Part shown: positions 24,583 to 37,520 of the stretch, in pieces
How the letters are laid out: each line of letters begins with the position of its first letter
Numbering within the stretch: position 1 is the first letter of the stretch
NCBI RefSeq assembly: GCF_006345805.1
Contig: NC_043000.1
Coordinates: 25,420,001 to 25,484,000 of the forward strand
Source: Octopus sinensis
Taxonomy: Eukaryota
Length of the DNA: 64,000 nt
Direction of reading: 5' to 3'
The notes under the pieces: generated by a model
What the model saw: the letters and a program-made list of their open reading frames with translations, nothing else
The model's database searches: none
Told to the model about the DNA's origin: nothing
Translations under genes and position numbers: made by a program

Positions 24583-24827
24583 AACTAAATAAAAAATAAA
24601 TATAGGTAATGAAAATTATTTTTTAAAATCATTTCTTTAAAACTATTTCTTTAAATGCGTATATCAACCGATATATGTATATGTGTGTGTGGTTGTGTGT
24701 GTGTGTGGGGTGCCATTTATATGTGTGTGTATATATATATACATATATATACATATACACATACATATACATATATATATATATATTATATATATATATA
24801 ATATATATATAATATATATATCTATAT

Positions 24828-24861
<34 letters not shown>

Positions 24862-25802
24862 CATATATATATGTATATGTATATTATGTAATGTATATAT
24901 ATATATATATATTATATATATAATATATATATAGATATATATATATATATAAATATGGAAAAACACAATAGATGGCGTTAAAACATTCGACAGATAGACG
25001 ATACAAAGGCTGACAAGAGAAACCACAATTAGAAGGACAGGCAAAAAAGACTCGTCATTCGTGGCTTTCTTTCCTCAGTCAAGTACCAGAAGTCATGACC
25101 ATTTCGGGCAGTTACACTTGAAATGGTTCGATCTGGTTGCCCCTCACCCCAAAGTCTAACCTAAGAGCATTAGACCCCTTTGTAAGAAAGCTAGCGAATG
25201 TGTATGGTAACAAAGACAAAAAAAAACAAAGAAAAAACGGAGAACATGGTACACAATTACGAAAACAAACATCAAGAAAATAAAAATAACAACAGGTGTC
25301 TTTCGACTGAAAACGAATAAAATTGAGCTGGTATGTATGAGGTGAAAGCCTAAAGGCAGGAACATATGAGAGGGACATAAGAGGTGTTGGCGGTCGGCAG
25401 TCAGGCCAAGAAAGAATGATCATGACTGGCCGGACACCGGTCACGTGGACGGCGGAGAGAAGGGTAGGGGGCAGCGGGATTGAAGGATTAGAAAAAAATC
25501 AGAGACAAAGAGAAAGGTACAGGGGAGATAAACGAGTGGGAAATAGTGGGAATTAAAGAACGAGAGGGCCAAGAAATATGAGAGAAGGGGAGCGAGAAAA
25601 AGGGAGAAAATAAGAGGGGGAGAATAAAAGATAGAGTAAGAGTCGTACAAAATTTAGATACATACCTAGTATAAGGTGAACACAAGGGTATATATATATA
25701 TATATATATATTTCCTTCCGGTCTTTCAAAATGTGACCTCGTATGTACCGTTGCCGATTTTTTTCCTCTGTCTTCCCTTCTCTGGATCTTTCCTTCTCCT
25801 AT

Positions 25803-25837
25803 GTTTCCGACGAAGTGCTCCGCTCGAAACGTTAAAC
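25803..25837 (+). ncRNA. Minimal type I hammerhead (core CCGACGA) in a PLE-type repeat
   Basis: GUUU-CCGACGA-A-GUGC-UCC-GCUC-GAAAC-GUU-AAAC; zero-loop palindromic stem III AACGUU; 4-bp stem I. Confidence 0.55.
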
Positions 25838-25935
25838 CCTCCTTCTTTCCTTCTTTCCTGAGCGTCCAATAATACTATATTTGTTCCGCGTCCTCGCGTT
25901 GTTGTGTTTTTTTGTGCTTTCTTGTTTGGATTAAC

Positions 25936-25981
<46 letters not shown>

Positions 25982-25982
<1 letters not shown>

Positions 25983-26026
25983 ACCCCCTGATGACGGGTC
26001 AATAACCGGAAACTCGAGTCCGTGTG
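25982..26026 (+). ncRNA. Minimal hammerhead with canonical core, weak stem I
   Basis: CUGAUGA-CGGGUCAAUAACCG-GAAAC-UCGA-GUC; palindromic stem III ACUCGAGU; downstream 26060-26233 matches 43479-43655. Confidence 0.55.
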
Positions 26027-26913
26027 TATCCTACAGGTTGAAGATTGGAAGGATGGCCTCCCTTTGCAAATACTGATAGGGCACAGAAAGTGTGTCAATA
26101 GCCAGCTGGAGGAGGTGTCCTCCTGGGGCTTCAAGCTACAGTAGCATCCACCCTTATGGGTTAACCACATTTAAGTGGCAATACACTTCACGATGTCGTG
26201 CAGCTACTGTTTATACCTCGCTCAGAGATTTATTATATATATATATATAGTATATATATATATATATTATATATATTATATATATATAATATATATATAT
26301 ATGCGTGTATTGACTGCAAAGAAATCATATCTGCGTAGAACTTGTTAAGGTAACCACTTGAAACGTGCATTCGAAATATAGGTTTCTAATATTGGCACAA
26401 GGCAAGCAGTTTGGGGGAAAGGTGTAATCTTCCCCAAGTGTTACCTAGTGTTCAACTACTACTTTTTTTATCGACCCCAAAAGGATGAAAAGCAAAGTGA
26501 ACCCCGGCGTGATTTGAGCTCAGAACGTTAAAACGGACGAAATGCTTGACAGCATTTCGTCCGGCTTGTAAATGATTTTGCCACTGGCAATTGCACATAC
26601 ACACACACACACCACCAGTTGTTGTTGTTGTTGTTGTTGTTACTAGTGCTGGCGGTACTACTGCGGCTGGTTTAATGCATTCCAGACGTTTCCTTGTCGT
26701 TAGCTAACTAATTGAATTTTATTCTTAGTACCTTAGAAGCAAAACACCTGTTTGGGTGTGAATGTTTGTGTGCCTGTATGAATGCGTGCGTATATGTGTG
26801 CGTGCCTGAGTGTGTGTGTGTTTGTGTGTGTGTGTTTGTGTATGTGCGTTTGTGTATGCGTGACTTGTATGTTTATTTGGGAAATTATAATTGACTGCAA
26901 CCAGGAATTGAAT

Positions 26914-27324
26914 TCTCTTTCTCTTTTTTCTCTTTTACTTGTTTCAGTCATTTGACTGCGGCCATGCTGGAGCACCGCCTTTAGTCGAGCAAATCGACCC
27001 CGGGACTTATTCTTTGTAAGCCCAGTACTTATTCTATCGGTCTCTTTTGCCGAACCGCTAAGTGACGGGGACGTAAACACACTAGCATCGGTTATCAAGC
27101 AATGCTAGGGGGACAAACACAGACACACAAACATATACACACACACTTATATACATATACATATATACGACAGGCTTCTTTCAGTTTCCGTCTACCAAAT
27201 CCACTCACAAGGCATTGGTCGGCCCGGGGCTATAGCAGAAGACACTTGCCCAAGATGCCACGCAGTGGGACTGAACCCGGAACCATGTGGTTGGTTAGCA
27301 AGCTACTTACCACACAGCCACTCC
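26914..27324 (-). mobile_element. SINE family A full-length copy
   Basis: Near-consensus head, CORE-like block and tail. Confidence 0.9.
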
Positions 27325-27486
27325 GTTGTTTTTTTAAATATCTTACCAATTGTCTTTTGCCTGTTCTCATTGTCTCATAATTGTTATCATCGTTGTCGTC
27401 ATCGTCATCGTCATCGTCATCATCATCATCATCATCATCACATGCATCAAAATTTTCCTAAATATTAATATTAAAGACGTAAAGAA

Positions 27487-27740
27487 AATGTATACCTTTC
27501 TATGTAGGTAACACAAAAAGACCGTTACACTTTCGCATCAAAGAACATCTGAACACGAGAGCCTCCTCCTTCAGAAAACATCTAGACAGATGCTGGAACA
27601 CAGACAAAAGCATAACAGTTACAATTGAGGCCAATGAAAGAAATTTGGTCAATTTAAGAATTAAGGAAGCTATCCTCATAGACAGACTAAGACCCCAAAT
27701 TAACAACAGGCTGGAGGTTGGTAATCAATATATTATTTAG
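27487..27740 (+). pseudogene. Penelope-like GIY-YIG endonuclease C-terminal fragment
   Basis: FYVGNTKRPLHFRIKEHLN...NLRIKEAILIDRLRPQINNR..*. Confidence 0.75.
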
Positions 27741-28195
27741 CTACATCTGGATGCGTGTAAGTTCGTTTTTGATAGCATGCTCATGTATTATTTATTTAAA
27801 AAAAAAAGAAAGAAAGAAGGAAAGAGAGAAAGAAAGAAAGAAAGGCAGGGAGAAAGGAAGGAAGGAAGAAAAGAAACTACACGTATAATACATAACTTAG
27901 AAGCAGCGCTACGGATGTGCCAACACACACGAGGTTTGAGACATGGCGGTCCTCACGCACTTCTCATGAGGAATTCCGGAAGGAGCTTCATGATACCACT
28001 GCAGAGACTCTTCCGGGAAAAAAAAACTCAGTAACTGCTGGAAAACCGATTATAGTAGTGATTCGATCAATTTCTAGCGATATCTGAAGAAGGAATTTAT
28101 ATATTCCGAAATATTATTATTATATCAGTCTATGGATAATTAAATTATAACAGTTATTATAGTCCACTCTGCATAGTTGTGCCATTCAAGTCACG

Positions 28196-28278
<83 letters not shown>

Positions 28279-28608
28279 CATACATATAGTTCATAGATGA
28301 GAATTAGATAGTTTCCGCATAGAATACACTTATAGTGCTTAAGAGATTTAAACTTGAGCGGGTATAGAAATAAATGTAGCGATAAACAAGTTAAACAGAT
28401 CAATATGTAAAATATATTAAATACATGAACTACAAAAAATGTATATTATGTTTACATACATGAAATACAAAAGATGTATATATATACATATATATATATA
28501 TACGTATACTCACAAAATGGTCTCACTTACACAGAATACAAATGATATAGAGAATTAAAGGATTTGAAGAAAAGTATTACAAATCCAACAGCTGTTTCTG
28601 GAGGACCA

Positions 28609-29296
28609 GTGGTCGGCCGTATGCTAGAAGTAGATCACCTACGATCAAACTACAAAGAAAAGAATGTTTTCTTTGTAGTTTGATCGTAGGTGATCTACTT
28701 CTAGCATACAGCCGACCACCTAGTGGTTTCGCTCTTTAAATATACAAATGTATTAGAATTTTCTCTGATTTTTCAGATTTTTGTATGCTAGGCTACTGGT
28801 TTTAAATTGATATTAATTAAATTAGTATTAAATTTATCTCCCTCATTATTTATATGTTGAAATAAATATGTTCTCTAATAGGCAGCATTAACTGCAGTAA
28901 ATTATTTACCGCAGACTTTGCTTCCGGAATTTTAGCGCGCCAGAACTAAGACATTTGAAATTAATCCTAGTGTAATCGGTGAAACTAAACACGTGTCTGT
29001 TTTTATACGGAAAACTGGTGGTTAGTTTTACAAATTACATTACCTGTGGAACGATCAGACTGACGAGTCTACGGACAATTGGATTATATAAGTGATTTAT
29101 TTGTTAATAGACGAAACCGCCGGTCTGTGAGTAATTCTGGCTTTTTATATAATTTTTATCTGTCTTGCCCGCCAAATTGTTCTGGTGTCCGCTGAATTTT
29201 CCTCCAGAGAACATTCTTTTCTTTGTAGTTTGATCGTAGGTGATCTACTTCTAGCATACGACCGACCACCTAGTGGTTTTGCCTTTTAAATATACA
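28609..29296 (+). mobile_element. Non-coding PLE-type or retrozyme-like element: inverted end, 550-bp unit, terminal direct repeat
   Basis: 53-bp hairpin arms 28609-28661 and 28667-28719; about 80-bp direct repeats at 28667 and 29217; internal hammerhead. Confidence 0.75.
29055..29130 (+). ncRNA. Type I hammerhead with intact core
   Basis: UCAGA-CUGACGA-GUCUA..UAGAC-GAAAC-CGCCG-GUC-UGUGA; stem I 4/5 paired, stem III ACC/GGU, cleavage after 29125. Confidence 0.7.
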
Positions 29297-30000
29297 CAGA
29301 TATAGATATATAGATATATATATATATACATACACGGTTAGCATAGGTACTGCCTTTTGATAATCATGTTAGTATTTTCCTTATGTATAGTTTCTTGATA
29401 ACTTCTGTTTTAAACTTTCTGACCCCACCCTTCAAATTGCACCTACCCGTTAATAAATTGTAGTATTCCCTAGAACATTACTAGCTCACTCTTTTACCTA
29501 CGGACCCTGTAGCCCCTTAACATATTGAGCTTCTAGATTATTTATCTAAGCCATGTTTTCTTTCCTTTTCCTTCTTGCTGTTGTTTATATTGTATGCTTT
29601 TGTTTTTTTTACTCTGATGAAGATCCGTTGCCTTGATTCGAATGCCCTACGAAGATGAAGAGCTTTATTCTCGTATCTATTTATAGACTGCATGCTGGTA
29701 ACCGATCTGTAACGGCTGTAAGATATGTTGCGTCACCTTTTTTGTTATGCCATGCTTTGTATTGAAAAATAAGCTATAAACGTGGTCCAATCGATGTGTT
29801 TGTTAATCTGTGGTTTTCTCCATTTCCTAATTATTTGCATTGGTTCCTGATAAACTCTTATTGATCCGGTTGTTATCTGCACTCTACGTGCATGGTGTTC
29901 CTGCACACCAATACCCGGGGATAATACGGGTAACTGATACCGATAGTACGTACGGATATTTTATCCCTTAGTCGGTTACTATATCCGCTAACTCTGTTTA

Positions 30001-30071
<71 letters not shown>

Positions 30072-30122
30072 TTAAAATTACTAAGTCTCTCTAAAAGAGA
30101 ACAGCGGCAGTGTTCCCGGAAA

Positions 30123-30320
30123 ATAATAGTTATCACCATACTAATATGGCATTCTTATAAAAATAAGAAAAAGCGACTGACCTCCCTTGTTCGAAGGTTA
30201 TATGGATACAGTTTGTGTATCAAATAGCTAACTTAAGGCGATGGCCTCATGGAGCTAATAAGCGGACAGCTTTTTCTTATTTTTATAAGAATGCCATATT
30301 AGTATGGTGATAACTATTAT
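30123..30320. repeat. Perfect 52-bp inverted repeat, 94-nt spacer
   Basis: 30123-30174 is the exact reverse complement of 30269-30320. Confidence 0.9.
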
Positions 30321-30334
30321 ATATATATATATAT

Positions 30335-30367
<33 letters not shown>

Positions 30368-30460
30368 ATACATACATACATACATACACACACACACATA
30401 CATACATACATACATACATACATACATACATACATACATACATACATACATACATACACA

Positions 30461-31713
30461 CGAGGGGTGTTCATTAAAGATTTCCCCTGACTACCTTCCG
30501 GTTATTGCAGGAAACGGAACTTGTATAATCATACATGTCTCTACATGTCGCATTGTAAATTGCAGCTTTCCACTAGTGTTTGTTTGTCTTTTACGGATGT
30601 TGAAGTGGACTAAGGTGTTATAATAGAGGCAGCTGAACGCAGATCAGTGATCAGGTTCGCACATCAGTGATAAAGTTCGCACATCAAAAGAGACTTTCGA
30701 TGAGATGGAAGAAGTTTATGGTGATGATGCACCATCCTACGACGTAGTCAAGCACTGGCATCGCCAGGTCCAATGTGGTCAGACATCGGTGGAAACTGCT
30801 CCTATTCCAGGACGACCACATTCCGCCATTGATGACGACACCATTTTGGAGGATCGCCGCATAACTATTCGGCAACTTGCCCAAGAAGTGAAGATAAGTG
30901 TAGGATCCGTGTAAAAAAATCATTCACTACCATTTGCACATGCGGAAATTGTCTGCACGATGGATTCCCCGAATGCTCACACCTTTTCAGAAGCAGAAAC
31001 GAGTCAATTGCTCCCAGGCTCTTTTGGCAATGTGCCAAGAAAACGGGGAGGACTTTTTCAGCAGATACATCACACAGGATGAGTCCATCACTAAGATCCT
31101 GAGATTAAAGTTCAGTCGAAGCAATGGTAACATGATAACTTACCACCTCCAAAGAAGGCTCGCGTCCAACCCTCAGCAGACAAGGTGATGTTCAGTCTTT
31201 TGGGAACAGCTCAGAGTAGTGATAATGGATTTTCTGGCAAAGGGAACAACAACCAACGGAGCATATTATGTTTCCCTGCTGCAGAAACTGCAGGACACCA
31301 TCAAAACAGAAAGGCGTGGCATGCTGACCAAAGGAGTCTGCCTCTTCCAAGACAATATCCCCAGTTCACAATGCATATGTTGCCCAAATGAAAGTACATA
31401 CCTGCAGCTATGAAATCATTCCTCATCCAGCTTACTCTCCCCGACCCCGCACCACCTGACTTTCATCTCTTTCCAACCATGAAGTCGAAGCACTTTTCGG
31501 ATGATGATGAACTTATTTCCGAGGTAAAGTCTTGGCTCAAGACGCAACCTACCGACTTCTACAGATGAGGTCTTCACAGCTGCATAAAGCGATGAGTGAT
31601 GTGTGTCACCATTGGTGGCGGCTATGTAGAGAAGGAGAAATAATTATGTCAAGTTTCATTTATCCCAGTCTTTGGGAAGTAGGTCAGAGGAAATCTTTAA
31701 TAAACACTCCATC
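30461..31713 (+). mobile_element. Full-length decayed mariner transposon
   Basis: TIRs cgaggggtgttcattaaagatttcccctgac / gtcagaggaaatctttaataaacactccatc; EVYGDDAPSY, ARWIPRML, ITQDES, FQDN, HPAYSPDxAPxDFHLFP motifs with frameshifts. Confidence 0.9.
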
Positions 31714-31729
31714 ATCGGGGGGGGGGGGG

Positions 31730-32222
31730 GGCGTGCTATATCTTGGAAATCTGCTGGTTTCCCTTCATGGCAGAATTAATAGTCAAGACAATTTAAGCAT
31801 TTTATCTGATCAAATTCATCTTATGGTTGCAGAACTGTTTCCGGAGGGAACGCAATCTTTCAGGATGATAATGCACCAATTCACACAGCTAAAGTTGCTA
31901 CTGAATGGCATGAGGAACATTCTAATGAAGCTGAGCATCTTATCTGACCACCACAGTTCCCAGATATCAAAATTATTGAACATTTATGGTGCATTTTAGA
32001 AAAACAAGTAAGGAGTCGATATCCTCCACCACCATCACTACAAGAACTGGAGGCTGGTGTAGCTGAAGAATGGACAAAAATTCCTTTGGAAACAATTCAA
32101 ACTCTGTACGATTCCATACCTCTTAGAATTCAAGCTGTAGTTACTGCCAAAGGCGGTCCTACCCCATATTAAAATTAATTTGTTTGAAATTTTAAGTTGT
32201 TTCTATTATTTTGTCCAACCTG
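31730..32222 (+). mobile_element. Tc1 transposase 3' fragment with right end
   Basis: QDDNAPIHTAK, IIEHLWCILE, EEWTKIPLETIQTLYDSIPLRIQAVVTAKGGPTPY*. Confidence 0.85.
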
Positions 32223-32279
32223 TGTGTGTGTGTTTTGAGTGTCCCATGAGGAATCGATGCTATTTGTGTCGAAACAATT

Positions 32280-32595
32280 GACATCATCATCTTTAACGTC
32301 TATTTTCCATGCTAGCATGGGTTGGACGGTTCGACCGGGGTCTGGGAAGTCAGGAGGCTGCACCAGGCTCCAGTCTGATCTGGCAGTGTTTCTGCAGCTG
32401 GATGCCCTTCCTAACGCCAACCACTCCAAGAGTGTAGTGGGTATTTTTTACGTGCCACCGGCACAGGGACCAGAGGAGGTTGGCAAACGGCCTTTTGGTT
32501 GGTGCTTTTACGTGTCATCGACACGGATGCCAGTCAGGCATCTGCCACGTTCGGACGGTGCTTTTTACGTGTCACCGGCACGGGTATCTGAACTG
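32280..32595 (-). mobile_element. SINE family D ((GAT)n tail, GC-rich VNTR)
   Basis: ggttggcgttaggaagggcatccagctg core, ttaaagatgatgatg tail; homologues at 40662-41125, 46690-46945, 47550-47865, 52615-52865, 54540-54785, 56385-56705. Confidence 0.8.
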
Positions 32596-32599
32596 TGAT

Positions 32600-33135
32600 T
32601 AATAATAAATTCTCGTATGTTCCATCTTCCGCAGCTCTGTAGTTGTTTCAGCCTCTTTCACTGCAGCACCAGAGCTGCCCACAGGCATCCACAGTTACAT
32701 ATGATAAAATACCTGCTCAGCTGTACGAGCTTTGGTGAGTCAGATATTGTGGCTCTAGGCCAGATGTTTCTACCATCCTCAATGCTTGTTCTCGCTACAC
32801 CACTCGGCCTTCCTCTCCCTCTTCCTCTCTCTCTCTCTATCTCTTTTTCTGTTCAGCCAGATCTAATCGTTTGATTTCTCAATGGCTTCCAACAGTTTTA
32901 TGGAAACTCTTTTCTCTGCTTTGCAGTTATTTCAAAACTCGTGAGCATCGAGTGAACACCGGTTCCAACAAATCCTGTAGCACCAATCTCTTCAGGAATA
33001 CATATAGCCTTCCATCCATTGTTTTCACGCAGTTCAACCAACTCACAGTATTTCTTCTCTTTCCCGAGGAAAGCCTCCTTGATGTTTGCTTTCCAGGAAA
33101 CTATCAGATCTACCATCTTTACCGGTTTGTTTGTA
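32600..33135 (-). mobile_element. 3' end of an RLE-type (HERO-like) non-LTR element
   Basis: VDLIVSWKANIKEAFLGKEKKYCELVELRENNGWKAICIPEEIGATGF resembles the VELTVPWE...RKxxKY...GW...PxEVGxRGF endonuclease tail. Confidence 0.6.
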
Positions 33136-36100
33136 TATGTAGTTATACAAAACTGTTGATATGCGCATGCGCACACATATATATTTATGCGTGTGTGTGT
33201 GTGCGTGTATACATACACACACTAGTTGTTGATATAGAGAATGCACGGAAATCTCATTAGTTTCAAATATCCAATACCACCATGATATTTATTAGTTATT
33301 AAATGCTAATATATAATATTTTGTGATGTTCGAACGCCATGAGATAGATTTATCGTCATCCCGAACAATAACGATGCTTACAAAGGAATCGCTGAGTGCC
33401 GTTTATTTATTAAATATTTTGCTGCAGAATCTACAGTTTATTAGCTGTTGCAGCCGGGAAAGAAATATTGATTTCAAACATAGCTACGTCACCATCATTA
33501 TCATCATCATCAATAACAGCAGCGCCACCACCACCACCATCATCATCATCATGAACTTTTCCCATGTTTTTCTATGCTGCCATGTTTTGGATGAGTCTCT
33601 GTATCGCTCCTCCAATAATATTTGTGACCCATGCTTGTGGCGGGGAGTATGTATAATTTAAAATTAGATTTCTAAACTTTTGTTGGTTGTATGTCCATTA
33701 AACAGCTTTATCTATTGACCAAATTTGAAGAGACAAGTAAACGAAAGAGCTTCTACATGGTCAATTGACCTTCTAGAAATAACAGCCAAATTTCTTTCAA
33801 GCCACACTCTACTCTTTAAAAAAATGAACACTCAAGTGGATGATATAGTCTGGAGTGCACAGAAAAATAACGGAACTGCTGAGACTAAAACGCCTTCGAT
33901 CTGAGGTCAATTCAATCAGGATTGGCTTTGAACCACAAAACAACAAATTGAAAAGAGTTGTTAGTGCAAAGTTAATCATAAACAGGGCTGTGTTTGTAGC
34001 CAAGATGTATGACTCTCATTGGCTCACTTTACCAACAAATATGTAAATACGTCACTTTGACTGGTCCAGACAGCAGTCACATGATTCACTATGGGCTGAG
34101 TTTAACAATATATAAATACAAGAATCTGATTGGTCCAGACAGCAACCATAATTCTCATGATGCTGGTGTGTTTACATACCCATAACTTAACGGTTCGGCA
34201 AAAGAGGCCAATAGAATAAGCATGATAACAAGAGCACAAACCTCCAAGACAACACCAATGACATTTCAACAATTAGCCAGAGATGGTTTTTAAAATGAGA
34301 ATATCTGAAATAAACTCAACTGCTCTCACAAATGAGAATACTAAAAATGAAACCGACCACTCTCAAAAACGAATTAAAAAAAAAAAAACAGAAAAATAAT
34401 CCAGAATCCTTGTCCAGTACTGGATCAATCCCAAAATCTAATCAATTTGTGCCAGGCATGAGGCCAAACATCCCTGAAAGTTTCATCCAAATCCATCCAG
34501 TGCTTCTTGAGATCTTGTCCACGGACAAACAAACAAACAAACTAACATGACTGGAAACAATACTTCTGCCTTCGGTAAGGTGGAGGTAATAATGGTTTCA
34601 AATCTTGGCACAAGGTCAGCAATTTCAATCCCCGTGCTCAACTGGTACTGTCAATAATATACCTGTTTAAGAATAAATTTCTGCTCAACGAAAGTATAGA
34701 ATTTGATTGCGATGCATTGAAGTTAATCGTGGCCAAAACTTCGAAATCGCTGTCAATAATATTATCAACCCCAAAAAGGATGAAAGGCAAAGTTGACCTT
34801 GGCAGCATTTGAACTCAGAACATAAAGACAGACAAAATCCTGCTACGTATTTTGTCCGGCATGCTAACAATTCTGCCAGCTTGCTGCCAATAATAACAAC
34901 AATAATTTTTCTACTAAAGGCACAAGGTTGGAAATTTGGTGGGAGAACCCAGTCAATAGTATCAACTCCAGTGTATAGCTGGTACTTATTTTATTGACCC
35001 TGAAAGGATGAAAGGCAAACACAACCTTGGCGGAATTTGAACACAGAATGGAAAGACAGAAAATGCCATGAAGCATTTTGCTGGCATGGTAATGGTTCTG
35101 CCTTCTCAGCAATAAATATTAAAAGAACCGATTTCAAATTTTGGGACAAGGCCAGTAATTTTAAGGAAGTGGATAGGTCGATTACATCGACCCCAGCATT
35201 CAAATGGTACTTATTTTATCGACCCTGAAAGGATGAAAGGCGAAGTCTACCTTGATGAAATTTGAACTCAGAACATAAAGATAGACGCAACGCCACTAAG
35301 CATTTTCTCCCAGCTCACTACATCATCGTCGTTTAACGTCTGCTTTCCATGCTAGCATAGAATAATAATAATTTGTCACAAGGGCAACTGAAGAGGAAGG
35401 TGACATTACAAGGACAGGTAAGAGTTTGTGTGCAAAAAGAGAGGATGGTTACAACTGGAACACCTTTGATCATATGTCTGCTCAAACAGGAACAACCTAG
35501 GGCTAAACATCAACAGCAAGCACAAACAAACATGAAAGCAAAAGGCAAATATTTCTTTTTAAATAAATAAAACAAAAACCAGTGTTGTACAAAAATCATT
35601 TTTATTTCATCTGACAACAAAGTTCAAGAAATATACGTTTCCATAAAAAAAGTGACTTAATATAGAAATACACCTGATTGTTAAAATTCCTGAAAGAATC
35701 GAATATACAACAGTAAACCCTATTTCAGGAATCATTGTGTTTTGATGAGGTTGCATGCTGCTTTGATTATTTTGTAACCCCTTGATAAACTGTTTATCTC
35801 TCACATAATCATTTGATGCTAAATCATTTATCCCTTACATAATCAGTCGATGGCAGATCAATTAATCTATCTCATTCAATCATTTGGCAACAAAAATATA
35901 TCAATATTATAAAAAAAGGGAACAAAAATCTAATCAAAGATCATTATTAAGACACTTTTTTTTTCTTTTAATTGTTGCTGCATCCATGTCAAATTCTAAT
36001 TGATCATGAAATATGTTTATCCATAGTATATCACTAATGCTTCTCACTACAGAAATAAAAGATTTATATATATATATATAATAATTATTTGAGGGAATAT

Positions 36101-36174
36101 TATTCCTAACTTATAGGGAAAAATTTAATTTAGAAATACTAAATCAAATTTCACAAAATGTAATATATTTAGAA

Positions 36175-36363
36175 AAATTAGAAAAAACCACCTTTTATCA
36201 ATTCAAAATGAACAATTAAATTACACCATCTAGAAAATGACATATAATAGAAATATTAAAAATAAAATAACAATATACCGATTATTAAGTAAATTATATG
36301 TAATTTTCTAGATGGTGTAATTTGTTCATTTTGAATTGATAAAAGGTGGGTTTTTTCTAATTT
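36175..36363. repeat. AT-rich foldback, about 72-bp arms
   Basis: 36175-36248 vs 36292-36363. Confidence 0.85.
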
Positions 36364-37173
36364 ATATATATATATATATATGTAACATATGGTATAATTA
36401 TAAACAGGGCAAATTTTAGCCATTTCTCTGCAGATTGAAAAGAATAATGAACAACTTTAATCAGTTTTCAAGCCTTATTGGGTTCTCATCATAGGTGTCC
36501 ACATCATTCTGACAGTCTCCAGAGAAACAAGCAGCCAAACTGTTTATATACTCAGCAAATGCAGTAGTTACTCTGTGAAGGAGTCCCTAATTTGCATATC
36601 AAATGTGTTTAACACTCTATAAATACCAACAACTTGTCAACGGGGATCTTAGTCCACACAGTATCAAGGTATGATATAATAAATATGTAACATATGGTAT
36701 AATTATATAATTCTTAAACAAGAATATTATTGGCAGTGACTTTGAAATTTCAACCAGCTAAGCCATTATCAGACGGCGATGCATTGAAGTTAATTTTGAC
36801 CAAAATTTTGAAATTACTGTCAACAATATTCCTGTTTAGGAATAAATTTGTACTCCACAAAAGTATAGAGTAACCCTTTAGGTTAGTGTAAAACTGCTTT
36901 TTTTATATAACTGAGCACAAAAAGAAACATTAACACTATATATAAATATAAATATACACACACAAAGAAAGTGAATGAAAAAGGTTTCAGTAGTGTATAC
37001 ACATTGCCATATATGAAAAGAAATCAATATTGTGTGTAGAGGAATATTTATTTCTGGGACTGGAAAGACCGATATATTCCAAAGACTGCCAGCTTCTGAA
37101 GAATCAAAAGATGAAACTGGCAGTCACTAAAATACATTGAGCTTTCATTTCCTTTATATACATATATATATAT

Positions 37174-37207
<34 letters not shown>

Positions 37208-37209
<2 letters not shown>

Positions 37210-37520
37210 AATTAGAAAAAAAAACACCTTTTATCAATTCAAAATGAAAAATTAAATTACACCATCTAGAAAATTACATATAATAGAAATATTAAATATA
37301 AGATAAAAAAATAATATACCGATGATTAAGTAATGTGCAAAATAATAAATAAAACATATATATTTGGTAGAATATGTTTTATTTATTATTTTGCACATTA
37401 CTTAATCATCGGTATATTATTTTTTATCTTATATTTAATATTTCTATTTTATGTAACTTTCTAGATGGTGTAATTTAATTTTTCATTTTGAATTGATAAA
37501 AGGTGGGTTTTTCTAATTTA
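37208..37520. repeat. AT-rich palindrome, about 150-bp arms, 12-nt loop; same family as 36175
   Basis: 37208-37359 vs 37372-37520. Confidence 0.9.

Noticed and set aside
29614-29660. CTGATGA motif
   Set aside because: No GAAA-stem III-NUH and no stem I pairing
32636-32941. Plus-strand exon-like AG/GT signals with an open frame
   Set aside because: Antisense to the HERO-like element; no recognisable protein
33855-34046. 63-aa plus-strand ORF
   Set aside because: No recognisable motif or splice support
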